Assembly (NCBI GenBank): GCA_963758525.1
Contig: CAVWVQ010000001.1
Span: forward strand, 192,001-256,000
Origin: an uncultured Phycisphaerales bacterium
GTDB taxonomy: Bacteria; Planctomycetota; Phycisphaerae; Tepidisphaerales; Tepidisphaeraceae
Length of the DNA stretch: 64,000 nt
Reading direction: 5' to 3'
Shown: positions 1 to 10,018 of the stretch, one piece after another
How the letters are laid out: each line of letters starts with the position of its first letter
How positions within the stretch are numbered: position 1 is the stretch's first letter
Notes under the pieces: generated by a model
Database searches by the model: none
What the model was told of the DNA's origin: nothing
What the model saw: the letters and a program-made list of their open reading frames with translations, nothing else
Position numbers and translations under genes: made by a program

Positions 1-400
1 TGAGCACGTGGCACAGAATCAGCGACGTCGAGCCCCCGATTTCCAGCCGGGACGGATGATCGATCTGGGAGCCGAGATCGCGCAGAAGCTGCAAGATGGT
101 TTCAGGCTTGGTAGCGTCCGTGATGCGCCGGGCAAGTGAAGGGAAGCCGGCGGCCCCAAGATCTGCGAGCTGAAACTGCTCGAGCCGCGGAGATTCTGGT
201 GATCCTGCAACCCATCGACTGAGTCGATCCGGCCCCCAATGCGCTGCCAGCGCCTGTAGTCCGTCACGAATCAACAGTCGTGTGCGGAAGTCGGGGTGTT
301 CCTCGCCGACCTGATCCTCGATCGCGGTTGCTAGGTCCGCCGCCTCAATCGGCAGTCCGCTGCGAGCCAATCCCCAAAGGGTTGGTTTGAGCGTTGTCAT
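1..400 (-). CDS. Hypothetical protein, possibly DUF6036-like nucleotidyltransferase (N-terminal part, runs off the window)
   Basis: Own translation from ATG at 400: MTTLKPTLWGLARS...PDFRTRLLIRDGLQAL...LLRDLG...LEIGGSTSLIL, open to the edge. Family assignment is from recall. Confidence 0.45.
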   Translation of the reverse strand, partial: MTTLKPTLWGLARSGLPIEAADLATAIEDQVGEEHPDFRTRLLIRDGLQALAAHWGPDRLSRWVAGSPESPRLEQFQLADLGAAGFPSLARRITDATKPETILQLLRDLGSQIDHPSRLEIGGSTSLILCHVL

Positions 401-538
401 AACCTTTAGTAGTTTGTTCCATCAGAATTTGCGATTCTGTCAATCTGCGGTAGGGCGATTGATCCCGCCGCGGTTTGAGACACGCGGGGATGAATCACGC
501 ATTACACGCGCAGCTCGGGGAACAGCCCACCAGACCGA

Positions 539-673
539 TCAGACAACCTGCACGGCGCGCCCGACGCGGCGCTTGCGGTTGATCATCTGACGGCCCTTCT
601 TGGTCTTCATTCTGCCGCGAAAACCGATGTTGCGGGCGCGCTTAATCTTGCTGAGCTTGTGGGGGTAATGCAT
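539..673 (-). CDS. rpmH: 50S ribosomal protein L34
   Basis: Own translation (44 aa, below track cutoff): MHYPHKLSKIKRARNIGFRGRMKTKKGRQMINRKRRVGRAVQVV, with the L34 GFRxRMxTxxGR motif. Confidence 0.92.
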   Translation of the reverse strand: MHYPHKLSKIKRARNIGFRGRMKTKKGRQMINRKRRVGRAVQVV

Positions 674-812
674 GTCCTGTCTCTTTCCTGACTCTCGCTA
701 TAGGGCCTTGCGCGATCAGCGCTTCCAAACACTATTTTTCACGGCCGCCCAGAGGCTGCCAATCCTTTTCACATCGCGTACTGGCGCGTTCAAGCTCTTC
801 AATTCGACCGGC

Positions 813-3506
813 TCACCGCGAGGCGGTGGGGCCTTCCACCTTCACGAACACGTTCTGAAAGGCCTGATTGCCCTTGGAATCGGTTGCCCGCAGGGTGACC
901 TGATGCGTCCCGGTCGCCAAGCCTTTGATGTCAAAACTGATGGATTCAGTGGGACTGTCGTAGATGTTACTGACTGGAAGCACCAACTGCCAGTCCTTGC
1001 CCGAATCGACGACGTAATCGACCGCCGCAACGGTGCTCGACTGGTCCGCAACGGTCAGGGCCAGATGCACGGCCGCGCCGCTTTGCTTCCATTGAATGTC
1101 GCCGACATCGGGAGGTGTATTGTCCACCACGATCGGGTCGCTGACGCGCGACGCCGTCTTTCCCTGGCCGGGGGCGTTGGCGCCGGCATCGGAAGCGACC
1201 ACTTTGATCTGATAGCGACCATCCGCCACCAGCCGGGTGTCCCATTGGAAAGTATTATCGGTCAGCCCGTCACGAAGCAGAATCCACGGGAGATCGGAGC
1301 CGCGGCGGAAGTAGAGGGAATAGGAGAGCGGGTCGCTATTGGGGTCGGATGCGTCCCAGACCACATTGACCACCGGTTGCGGTTCCACGCGCCGCGCATC
1401 AATCGGCGCCGGCGGTGGAGGGCTGCCCGCCTGCGGAGATGCCTGCTGCTGCGCCGCCGCGGCGGCGCTCTGCGCCGCGGCATCCGGTCCGCTGACCAGC
1501 CGTATCGATTTGATCTGCGGCGCCAGGTTCGGCATCTGATACGCGACGGTCACGTCATCAACGATCGGTGACTTCGTGCCGTCTTTGCTGCTGAGCGTCA
1601 GGCGGTATTGCATGAATCGCGCCGAGGGTGAGGTGACCGGCAGAAAATCGTGCGCGGAGACGTCGTCGGTCCACTTCGACCAGTCCTTGTCGGACGCCTC
1701 CTTTACGTTGCCGCTGCGCGTGCTGACCATCAGCGTGGTGCCGGCGGGAAGCGAGCCGTGAAGCTGCATTTTTCCGAACCGGCTGATTTGCGTGGCGTCC
1801 AGAACCGAGCTGATATACGTGCCGCGGGTGGCAAAGCCTTCGCTCATCGTGGCGATGCTTCCGACATTGGCCATGCCGACATAGAGCTGCCCGTCATGCG
1901 CGGCCAGGAGGCAGGTTACCTGTTTGGCATCGACTTTTGCCAGCGCCACGGTTTCCCCGGCGTCCGGATCGACCTGGAAAATCTGCCCTTCGCTGCCCGT
2001 CGCGATCAGCAGTGTCCCATTATTTTCCACCATCGCCAGCACAAGCACCTGCTGGCGGAAGACCTCGGTGACAAAGCCGTCCCGATCGATCTTGTAGACA
2101 GCGTTGCCCTCCGGCTTGGCTTCGCCGGTCCCGGCGGTGTCGACGGGAGGCTGTTTCGTCACATCGGGGCTTTCCGAGGGCGCGGTCTCGGGCTGGGCTT
2201 TGGGAAGGGTGGCCGAATCGTCAGGAGTGTCTGCCGCGGGCGCATCGCCGGCTCCAAGGACGCACTGGATGACCGGCGGGGTCTGACAATTTCCAGGCGA
2301 CAACGGACCGACTGCGTTTACATGCCCGCGATTGCAGGCTGGAAGCTTTCTCGACAATGTGCTGCTCGGAAATTCGCCCATGCTCACGACCGGCTGGCGA
2401 AGGCGAAGCGCGGCGTGCTGCTTGGGAATCGGATCAGGCCGGCCGGGATTGGGATCGGGCGGGGCCGGCTTCTTTGGCGCTTCGGGAGGGGCTGCCGGGA
2501 TCGGAACCCCGGTCTGCCCTCCCTCGGGCCGGCCGGTTTTGTCCTGGGCATCAGGATTCTGCGGCGGAGCGGGCGGTTCCTCGCGCGCCTCGCCCGTGGC
2601 GGCATACAGATTTCCTTTTTGGTCCAGCGCCAAGGCCGTGATCTCCGCCTCGGGCGCGTTGTACACGACAAAACTTTCGCCGGTGTTGCGATTCACGCGG
2701 TAGACCAGCCCGTGAGGGTCGGTGCCAACGTAGAGCATCTCCTTGCCGTCTGAAACGAGGCTCAGCAGGTTGTTCTCCGCCGTTTCGAGCAGGACTTTCG
2801 ACGAGCCGTCCGGTTTAATCTGAAAGAGTTTTCCGGTGGGCCCGGTGGCTGCATACAGATTGCCATCGAGAGTCGCCGTCAGCGACCAGATATATTGAAC
2901 GCCGTCGGCGGAAAAAATCTCCCGCGGCTTATCGCCCGGCTTATCGATGCGCAGGATCTTTCCATGTTCGCCTCCGGTTCCGACCAGCAGCGCGCCGGCC
3001 TTGTCCACCGCCAACGAAAGCACGTCCGTCGCGTCAGCAATCTGCGCCGCGGTGCTGACCTTCTGATCCTTCACCTGCAGCAATACCGCGTTAGGCCCGG
3101 TCCCGGCGTAGATCGTGCCGTCGGGCGCTTCAATCAGCTTGTTCACCGTGCTGATGCGCGGATCTTCGTCTAAAAGCGTCTTGACCGCTCGTGAAAGCTT
3201 CAACTCGCCGAGGTTGGTCGCGACCACGCTGTCGAGCGTCCCGCTCTTGAAGTCGGCCTCGCTCGTTTGCGTCCAGTAGCTGGTGCTGACCGCCAAAGCC
3301 GGCGCAGCAAACATCGCAAGCAGACCGAGCACCGCCCACCATGGTTGCCGGCAGGAGGAGCCGGAAGCGATCGATGTGCGCCGCGAGAAGCTCGTCACGA
3401 AGTTCTTGTAGGGTCGACGTACTTGCCCGCCGCCTGGAAGGGGAGAAGAGGTGGGCGGGTACACCCGCCCTGCATTTTGATTCTCTCTGGGGGAGTGCAG
3501 CGTCAT
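813..3506 (-). CDS. Secreted beta-propeller repeat protein with C-terminal Ig/FN3-like domains (true start probably downstream)
   Basis: Repeated DGxxYAGTGPxG / LYAATG blade motifs, signal-like segment LLAMFAAPALA, Pro-rich linker, DGRYQIKVVASD...DNTPP. Confidence 0.7.
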   Translation of the reverse strand: MTLHSPRENQNAGRVYPPTSSPLPGGGQVRRPYKNFVTSFSRRTSIASGSSCRQPWWAVLGLLAMFAAPALAVSTSYWTQTSEADFKSGTLDSVVATNLGELKLSRAVKTLLDEDPRISTVNKLIEAPDGTIYAGTGPNAVLLQVKDQKVSTAAQIADATDVLSLAVDKAGALLVGTGGEHGKILRIDKPGDKPREIFSADGVQYIWSLTATLDGNLYAATGPTGKLFQIKPDGSSKVLLETAENNLLSLVSDGKEMLYVGTDPHGLVYRVNRNTGESFVVYNAPEAEITALALDQKGNLYAATGEAREEPPAPPQNPDAQDKTGRPEGGQTGVPIPAAPPEAPKKPAPPDPNPGRPDPIPKQHAALRLRQPVVSMGEFPSSTLSRKLPACNRGHVNAVGPLSPGNCQTPPVIQCVLGAGDAPAADTPDDSATLPKAQPETAPSESPDVTKQPPVDTAGTGEAKPEGNAVYKIDRDGFVTEVFRQQVLVLAMVENNGTLLIATGSEGQIFQVDPDAGETVALAKVDAKQVTCLLAAHDGQLYVGMANVGSIATMSEGFATRGTYISSVLDATQISRFGKMQLHGSLPAGTTLMVSTRSGNVKEASDKDWSKWTDDVSAHDFLPVTSPSARFMQYRLTLSSKDGTKSPIVDDVTVAYQMPNLAPQIKSIRLVSGPDAAAQSAAAAAQQQASPQAGSPPPPAPIDARRVEPQPVVNVVWDASDPNSDPLSYSLYFRRGSDLPWILLRDGLTDNTFQWDTRLVADGRYQIKVVASDAGANAPGQGKTASRVSDPIVVDNTPPDVGDIQWKQSGAAVHLALTVADQSSTVAAVDYVVDSGKDWQLVLPVSNIYDSPTESISFDIKGLATGTHQVTLRATDSKGNQAFQNVFVKVEGPTASR

Positions 3507-3644
3507 GAAAAACTCCGGGCGAGGGTCAGGGGATGGGTCGGAGACAGACGTTTCATAAAACTACTCAAGGCTCAGGACTTTTTGCAGATCTTCGGCGCCG
3601 GATGCCGGTCCTGGACGGTCAAGCCGGAAGAGGAGCGATTGGGG

Positions 3645-3760
3645 ATTGCAAATCGCAAATCGCAAATTGCAAAATTTGGAAAGGCGGCCACGGCCCCGTC
3701 CCCAATTTGCAAGTTGAAATTTGAAATCTCAAATTTGCAATTTGCAATCCTCAATTTGCA
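3645..3760. repeat. Inverted arrays of degenerate heptamers (AAATCGC/AAATTGC versus AATTTGC)
   Basis: gcaaatcgcaaatcgcaaattgcaaaatt followed by aatttgcaagttgaaatttgaaatctcaaatttgcaatttgcaatcc in an intergenic gap. Confidence 0.6.
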
Positions 3761-5907
3761 GCTCCCCCCGAATGCTCCGCCGGCGCGACGGCGGGGGGGC
3801 TTCCCTTATCGGCCTTGGGCGCCTGCGGCTCGTTGTTCTGCGCCTTTCCCGGATGCGATGCGCCAACGGTCACTTTCGGGCTGGTGTCAATCGTGATGGC
3901 AAACTCCGCCGACCCGCTCATCACGTCGTCGGTTGGAATCACCTTCACCGTCGAGCTGACAAATGCCGTCGTCGCGCTGCGGCCCGCGCCCAGCAGAATC
4001 TGTCTGCGCGATGATGGAAGCCGCTGCAGCGCCGTGCGCCCGATCGCCACTCCGTCCGGCTGCCGTACCAAACGCACGTAGAGCGCGTTGTCGCGGATTT
4101 TCGCAAGGTCGTGCAGCACCGAGAAAACGTCATCCACCTTCTCAGCGGTGAAGCGGAACGGCTGCGACTGCTGCTCATCCTGCACGTATCGCTGCGCGTC
4201 GGAGACGATGAGCCGATACGTTCCCTTCGGCAGATCGCGCGGCAATTCCATCTCGATCGGCAACGTTCCCTCATTGCCCCAGAACGGCTTGTAGGTCGCG
4301 AAGCCCTTGAGCATTTCCCCGGGGCGATATTTCTCCTTTGGAACGGTGATGTCGATCAATTGAGCCGCGTGCGGCGTCCCGCTGATGCGGATGGTGCCGC
4401 TCACACGCCGGATCAGAACGCGCTGAAACGGATTGTCCGCCGCCGTCACGATCGGCGTGCCGACTTCCCCAAACAGATCGGCCGCGGCGGCGTTTGCCGC
4501 GCGGTCCTGAATCCGCAGCGTCTGTCCATTGGCAAAGTCCATGACCAGGTCGTAATCGACCGTGTTGTATTGCGGCAGATCGTTGGGTCCCGTCAGTGCC
4601 GAGCCAAACGCCACGCCCGCCACCATCGGCGTCAGTTTCGGATGCAGCGCGCTTTGGAAGTGATACGACCGCGTCGGCGAGCCATCGGCATAAGAAACCA
4701 CATAGTCCATCGGCACCATCGGAGGCACCGCGCCCACGTGCCCGGCAACGCCCACCGACATATCCGTGGTCAGTGTCCCGCAACCTTTTGACATGGAGCC
4801 GAGCTTGAAGCTTGTCTGCAGGTTCGCGATCACCCCCTGAATTTCCCCGCCGCCCATCGGCAGGGCGATCGATCCTTCATTATTGAACGGATGCCCGAAC
4901 CCGAACATCCGGTCGCCCAGCACTTCGGTCACCGTGCCGATGGCTGTCAGATCCGCATCTCCCGTGAGCAGGGGAACGGCCAGCACCGAGCCTGGCTGCA
5001 ACGGCAGACCGTTGCCCTGCGGCGACGATCCGCCGCCCGATTGAAGCATCGTCAGCCCCATCGACTTGAACGCCGGCGTCAGCTCGTCCATCAGCCGCGT
5101 CGAGATTCCTGACGCCATCAGCGGGGTCGTCAACGGCCGCAGCCGCGGGAGCGATTCGCCATTGCCGGCAAGCGGTTCGTTGCCCGTCGATGCCTCATCG
5201 ACTCGCCCCAGGCCGGCCAGAAGATGATGCACCGATCGATATCGTGCCTGCATCATCAGCGCCACATTCGTCATCGACCATGCCGCCCGGCCCGCCGCCG
5301 GAGCATCATCGGTTTTAACCTGGCCGTCACCGGTTGCCGCGCTCTGCGAAGTCGTCGGCGACGGCTTCGCCCCCGGCAACGCCAGCATGTATTCGATCGG
5401 CTGGACGCCCGCCACCGGATCTTTCGTCAACGGCCACCCGTACGCGAATGCCCCGATCATCCGATCGCGACCCCGCGCGTCCCGCAGGTAAATCGGCGAG
5501 CCGCTCATCCCCGCGATGCTCCCCGCATGCTCCAGGAAATCTCCCTTGCAGCGAATCAGCACCACATCATCCTGCGGATTGAAATTTCGCAGGATCGAGA
5601 GCACTTCGATGTCAAACTTTTCGATCTTCGAGCCTTGAAACACGCTCAGCCCATACCCGGTCATCCCCGGGCGAACCTCTGAAATGCGCATGTGACGGCC
5701 CGGGTCAAACAGCGCCGGAGCGGGCGTCTGCTGCTCGATTTGCGCCTCGGCTCGCACCGATCTGCACAGACTCAACCCCAGCACCAATGCCACCGTCGCA
5801 AGACACACAGACTTCATGTGCACCTCAATCAAATCCAGCGCCGAGGCTCGCTCCCAAACGGACCATACCATCGTAGTGGCCCAGCCATTTGCCAGCAATG
5901 GCGGCAA
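3751..5907 (-). CDS. SpoIVB-like peptidase S55 domain protein (probable start ATG 5817)
   Basis: GMTGYGLSVFQG, AGMSGSPIY, AIGTVTEV...FGFGHPF motifs and a signal peptide. Confidence 0.85.
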   Translation of the reverse strand: MPPLLANGWATTMVWSVWERASALDLIEVHMKSVCLATVALVLGLSLCRSVRAEAQIEQQTPAPALFDPGRHMRISEVRPGMTGYGLSVFQGSKIEKFDIEVLSILRNFNPQDDVVLIRCKGDFLEHAGSIAGMSGSPIYLRDARGRDRMIGAFAYGWPLTKDPVAGVQPIEYMLALPGAKPSPTTSQSAATGDGQVKTDDAPAAGRAAWSMTNVALMMQARYRSVHHLLAGLGRVDEASTGNEPLAGNGESLPRLRPLTTPLMASGISTRLMDELTPAFKSMGLTMLQSGGGSSPQGNGLPLQPGSVLAVPLLTGDADLTAIGTVTEVLGDRMFGFGHPFNNEGSIALPMGGGEIQGVIANLQTSFKLGSMSKGCGTLTTDMSVGVAGHVGAVPPMVPMDYVVSYADGSPTRSYHFQSALHPKLTPMVAGVAFGSALTGPNDLPQYNTVDYDLVMDFANGQTLRIQDRAANAAAADLFGEVGTPIVTAADNPFQRVLIRRVSGTIRISGTPHAAQLIDITVPKEKYRPGEMLKGFATYKPFWGNEGTLPIEMELPRDLPKGTYRLIVSDAQRYVQDEQQSQPFRFTAEKVDDVFSVLHDLAKIRDNALYVRLVRQPDGVAIGRTALQRLPSSRRQILLGAGRSATTAFVSSTVKVIPTDDVMSGSAEFAITIDTSPKVTVGASHPGKAQNNEPQAPKADKGSPPAVAPAEHSGGAAN

Positions 5908-5953
5908 GAGCTCTTGCCCGCTCCCGCCTTTGTCTACTCTTTGCTTTCCACCC

Positions 5954-7035
5954 TCAAATTTCCCGCGCAGCGAGCCGATCGAGCGGGCTGGTTACCGCCG
6001 TCGCGGGCTTATTCATCACGTGCGTGTAGATCATGGTGGTCTTGAGGTTGGCGTGCCCGAGCAGTTGCTGCACCTGGCGGATGTCATAGCCTGCTTCGAG
6101 CAGATGCGTGGCAAAACTGTGGCGAAAAGTGTGCGGCGAAACACGCTTGCTCACCCCGGCGCGCCGTGCCGCCGCGGCGATCGTTCGTCCCAAAACCCCC
6201 GGATGCGCATGCCAGCGAAACCCGCGGCCCTGCTCGTCGCGACGAAGCGTCGCGCTGGAAAAGACAAACTGCCAGCGCCAATCCACCTCCGCCGACGATA
6301 TTTTGTTGGCCACCGGATCGGGCAGCGCCACGTACCCGCCTCCCTTGACCACATCGCGCCCGTGAACGGTTCGCACCCGCCGGCACCGCTCCGCCAGGGC
6401 CGCGCGCGATGACGTCGGGAGCATCACCATTCGGTCCTTCTGCCCCTTTCCGTCGCGGATGATGATCTGGCCCCGATCAAAGTCGATGTCGCGCAGCCGC
6501 AGCGTGCAGCATTCCATCACCCGCATCCCCGTCCCATAGAGCAGTTCCGCCATCAGCCGATGCATCGATCCCGAGCGGATCGCGTCGAGCACCACCGCGG
6601 TCTCATCGGCACTGAGGACCGTCGGCACCCGCGCCGGCCGCCGCGAGCGCTCCGCGGCGAATCTGCCCAGATGATCCTCCGGCACCTCGCCCGCGAGAAC
6701 CTGCTTATAAAGAAAGACAATCGCGTTGGTCGCCTGATTCTGGGACGAAGCGCTCAGGCGTCGATCGCGCGCCAGGTGGGTCAAAAATGCCTCGACGTCC
6801 GCCGCTCCCAGTTCCCGCGGATGGCGCCAGCGGACCCCCGAGGTCGACGGCGCAACCATCGCCGCCGACGAATCATCCATGGCAAGGAACTGATCGATCG
6901 CGTCCAGCGGCTTGGTTTCAGCCGGCTGGCGCAGTAGCGCAGAAACTCTCGAATCCATCGCTGATAACACTCAACGGTTTTCCGCGCCAGGCGCAGCCGG
7001 GCCGCCACCTCGCCGACGCGCTCCAGCAACATCAT
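5954..7035 (-). CDS. intI: Integron integrase (tyrosine recombinase) with a -1 frameshift near 6930
   Basis: LLYGTGMRVMEC, RDGKGQKDR, IntI-specific insertion (WRWQFVF...RWH), HTFRHSFATHLLEAGYDIRQVQQLLGH...TTMIYTHV. The N-terminus (CYQRWIREFLRY) is in another frame. Confidence 0.9.
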
Positions 7036-7042
7036 GCATCCT

Positions 7043-7113
7043 AACCTAGCGCATGAATTCGTCCTGTCAATATTCCGGCGATAGTTGACACAGGCTGCGA
7101 AAATAAAGATGAT
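7043..7113. promoter_or_regulatory. Candidate divergent PintI/Pc promoters
   Basis: Back-to-back TTGACA hexamers (7065-7070 on -, 7085-7090 on +), kept in the second copy. The minus-strand TTGACA-N16-TAGGTT lies just before the intI ATG. Confidence 0.45.
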
Positions 7114-7140
7114 TCTGGAACCGCGAGGGATTTCCTGTAA

Positions 7141-7180
7141 CCGCTATAGGGACCCCAGCGCGTGAGATTTGTAGTTCTCC
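7141..7180 (+). other. attI site, copy 1 (crossover G|TT at 7174-7176)
   Basis: Identity with the second copy ends exactly after gtagTT. The following GTTCTCCCGC complements GCGGGAGAAC at the end of cassette 1. Confidence 0.75.
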
Positions 7181-7196
7181 CGCACAGGCGCCTCCC

Positions 7197-7514
7197 TTGG
7201 AAGCGACCATCGAAATCATCAACACGCGCCCGGAACGCAGGCGGGTCTGGATCGAGCCTTGGTGCTCGGAACACTTCCTCGCGGCCGACCAGCAGCTCGG
7301 TATCATCATCGAGCACGCTTCAGAACCAACCTTCGATGTTCGGGAGGACGAGAACGTGACGGTTGTTTGGCTGAACCAACACACGGCGGCTTACATCTTG
7401 GACCACGGCGTGCGCCGCCACATCCTAGACTGCTGGTGCGAAACGCCGGCGTCGCCTACCGGAGGTGCGGGAGAACCAGCCGTTGCTGTGGACGGGCCCG
7501 CGTCGCGTCGTTAG
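7197..7514 (+). CDS. Cassette 1 hypothetical protein (reads into attC)
   Basis: ORF between attI and the first attC. Confidence 0.55.
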   Translation: MEATIEIINTRPERRRVWIEPWCSEHFLAADQQLGIIIEHASEPTFDVREDENVTVVWLNQHTAAYILDHGVRRHILDCWCETPASPTGGAGEPAVAVDGPASRR

Positions 7515-7579
7515 CTTATTCTTTATCCGCGTTCTTCCGGCGCGTCGCGTTGCCCGCCACAGAACGTCATCCGTTATCT
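7470..7579 (+). repeat. attC site
   Basis: GGAGAAC...ctgtgg.cgggc...gcccgccacag...GTTATCT palindrome. Confidence 0.85.
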
Positions 7580-7594
7580 GCCTCGGTGCTCGCC

Positions 7595-8386
7595 ATGTCC
7601 AAGCGATTCTCGACAACCATTGCGGCCGTCGCTCTGCTCGTCTCGGTGTGCCTTGCCGGCATCCGATCCGAGGGCAAGTACAGCGGCGTAGTCATCTTCG
7701 ATCGTTGGGGTGGGTGCACGCTCTACAGCGGCATCTACGTCATGTACGTCTCCGAGGGCGTCAAGGAGCAGCTGCGACCGGAGGCAGGCAAATGCGTGCA
7801 GCTTGACGCGACGAAGGTCGAGCAGCCGATGAATCCCGGCGATGGATTGATCAAGCAGTTCAAACTTCTCGGGGCCGCTCCCGCTGCTAAGGAGTGGGAA
7901 TCGCCGGAAGGATTGAAGCTCACCGTTGTCCGAGCCTTCGAGGATGGAAACGCGCCGGAGTTCATCATTCAAGTCGAGAATGTCAGCGATAAGCAGAGAA
8001 CACTTCGCATGGACTCCCTCGCTCCGACGCTGCTTGCTGCGAAGACAAAGGGCGGCGATCGGTGGAGCCCGTCCGACGGACCTTCGGCTGCGGTTGTCAC
8101 GCGCCAATCATTTTGGATCGGCACCGACGGGCCCCGTATGCAAGGGGCCAATGAGACCTGGCAATGGAAGGTCGTTGCCCCGCAGAAACTGGTCGAGAAA
8201 GTATCGCTAGATCCAAAGGCGGTTTTCGAGCTGCGATTGTCGTTCAAACTTCCGCCCGGGGAATATGAGTTCCTGGCTGGCTACGGCGGCGGCACGCATG
8301 ACGGTCAGTGTATCGCTTCAAATCTCATTGGCTTCGATGTGAAGGAAGATGGCACAGCGGTCCTGGCGAAATCGGCCGGCAGATAA
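7595..8386 (+). CDS. Cassette 2 secreted hypothetical protein
   Basis: ATG 7595 after the core site, signal peptide MSKRFSTTIAAVALLVSVCLA, stop inside R''. Confidence 0.7.
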   Translation: MSKRFSTTIAAVALLVSVCLAGIRSEGKYSGVVIFDRWGGCTLYSGIYVMYVSEGVKEQLRPEAGKCVQLDATKVEQPMNPGDGLIKQFKLLGAAPAAKEWESPEGLKLTVVRAFEDGNAPEFIIQVENVSDKQRTLRMDSLAPTLLAAKTKGGDRWSPSDGPSAAVVTRQSFWIGTDGPRMQGANETWQWKVVAPQKLVEKVSLDPKAVFELRLSFKLPPGEYEFLAGYGGGTHDGQCIASNLIGFDVKEDGTAVLAKSAGR

Positions 8387-8481
8387 CCACGCACTGGAAC
8401 GGACCGGCCGGGCAGAACGGTCCTTGTATTTCGAGAGATGGTCGAGCGCCCGGCCGGCCGTTCAATGCTGATCCGTTATAC
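8381..8481 (+). repeat. attC site
   Basis: AGATAAC...gaacggaccggccgggc...gcccggccggccgttc...GTTATAC. Confidence 0.85.
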
Positions 8482-8498
8482 AGCACGAGGAGCTCTCC

Positions 8499-8834
8499 AT
8501 GTCAATTGCATATTGGTGGATTCCGAACATTCTCGCCGCGGTCGGTCTCGCTGTCTGCATCACTCAAGGCATTCGTCGTCACAGCCTCGGCCTCCTGCTG
8601 TTCGCTCTTTATTTTGCTTACAATCTTACGATCGCCGTTGTCGCGGCTGTCCGGCAACATGAGCAGGACGCCGAGTATGTTCGCAACTTCGTCGCTCGCC
8701 AGGTAGGTCCCAACACGTGGACGGCACCGGTGCTGCACAGCAGCGTGAATTTGGCGGCTCCGTTTACTCAGGCGTTGTTGGTTGTGGCGGTGATCCTCTT
8801 ATCGCGTCGTCTGGCAACCCGGCGTGCTGTATAA
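8499..8834 (+). CDS. Cassette 3 small membrane protein
   Basis: RBS (gaggag) plus ATG, three hydrophobic segments, stop inside R''. Confidence 0.7.
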   Translation: MSIAYWWIPNILAAVGLAVCITQGIRRHSLGLLLFALYFAYNLTIAVVAAVRQHEQDAEYVRNFVARQVGPNTWTAPVLHSSVNLAAPFTQALLVVAVILLSRRLATRRAV

Positions 8835-8938
8835 CCAGCCAATGCTGTGGACGGCCCCGCGTCGCGTCGAAAGTATGTCTTTGGTATAATGTCCCCCGGC
8901 GCGTCGCGTTGGCCGCCACAGATTGTCATCCGTTATGC
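8829..8938 (+). repeat. attC site
   Basis: GTATAAC...GTTATGC; member of the dominant attC family here. Confidence 0.85.
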
Positions 8939-9285
8939 CCCTTGAGCCCTCCCGAGAACTAGTCCTCAGGAAGATCCGCGACTGCTTCCCAAATCCGCAG
9001 TCCGCGGCCGACGCTTTGGAGATCATCGACTTATACGGGACCAAGGACTCGCATCGTGAGCGAGAACGAGTTCAGCTCGCGATGCTCATGCAATCTCATG
9101 GCGACCTTGGGCGGCTTTGGCAACTTGAGGAGTTGGCCGACCGTGACTTCCGGGACGCGCTGGTTGGAGCCGAGTTCCCAGAGCAGTTCCAGGCACCGTT
9201 CAAAACACCGCCCGAGGAAATGGCGGCCATTCGGCAAAGGGATCGTGCGCAATACGAAGCGTGGCTGCAGTCCGGCGGGGCATAA
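8935..9285 (+). CDS. Cassette 4 hypothetical protein
   Basis: ATG directly after GTT, stop inside R''. Confidence 0.65.
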   Translation: MPLEPSRELVLRKIRDCFPNPQSAADALEIIDLYGTKDSHRERERVQLAMLMQSHGDLGRLWQLEELADRDFRDALVGAEFPEQFQAPFKTPPEEMAAIRQRDRAQYEAWLQSGGA

Positions 9286-9390
9286 CCAAACACTGCTCTG
9301 GACCGTCCCGCGTCGCGTCGTATGATTGTCCCCGATCCTTGCGTCCCCTCGCGCGTCGCGAGGACGGCCAGAGAGTGTTATCCGTTCTCC
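9280..9390 (+). repeat. attC site
   Basis: GCATAAC...ctctggaccgtcc...ggacggccagag...GTTCTCC. Confidence 0.85.
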
Positions 9391-9403
9391 CGCCTCTGCA
9401 CTC

Positions 9404-9889
9404 ATGTCAGATGCCACCGACGAGTTTCGCCGCAAGCACCTCGACGAGGGTAACGGCGTCCGTTGGCCCAGCGGCGACGCCGCGAAAACGGACGTCGCCC
9501 AAACATTGCTCGGCATTCACTGTGTCGGCACCTGCGACTACTGGTATCAATTCGCCGCCGACCTGATCCAGAACCCGCAGCCGGAAAAACCGTATGTCAG
9601 GGCTTGGAATGACGCCGCCAAGAAAGACCGCGCGTACCGCGAAGCTTTTTCCACGTTCAATGATGAACAAAAGCAGGTTGTTCTGCGGCTGCTCCGGCAG
9701 GTCGTCAACGGGACAATGTACTCGGCGCTCGTGACGCTAGATCAGTTTCCGCACGCCGATGTAGTGATCCAGTTTGTCAATCGAGAAGATGATGCCGTGT
9801 ACACCGTGCAAGTGCTGCCAGGCGAATTCAACCTGCATGAGCGCTGGCATCAATGGGTAAAGGAGTTCTCTGATTTGCCGCAACCGTGA
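9404..9889 (+). CDS. Cassette 5 hypothetical protein
   Basis: ORF bounded by attC sites. Confidence 0.65.
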   Translation: MSDATDEFRRKHLDEGNGVRWPSGDAAKTDVAQTLLGIHCVGTCDYWYQFAADLIQNPQPEKPYVRAWNDAAKKDRAYREAFSTFNDEQKQVVLRLLRQVVNGTMYSALVTLDQFPHADVVIQFVNREDDAVYTVQVLPGEFNLHERWHQWVKEFSDLPQP

Positions 9890-9909
9890 CGGCAGCGGAA
9901 CGGCCGGCG

Positions 9910-10018
9910 GGAGAACCAGCCAATGCTGTGGACGGCCCCGCGTCGCGTCGAAAGCTTGTCTTTGGTATAGTGTCCCTCGGCGCGTCGCGTTGGCCGCCAC
10001 AGATTGTCATCCGTTGAA
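9910..10018 (+). repeat. attC site
   Basis: GGAGAAC...GTTGAA; dominant family. Confidence 0.85.

Noticed and set aside
400..812. oriC next to rpmH
   Set aside because: No dnaA or rnpA adjacent, and I saw no DnaA-box cluster.
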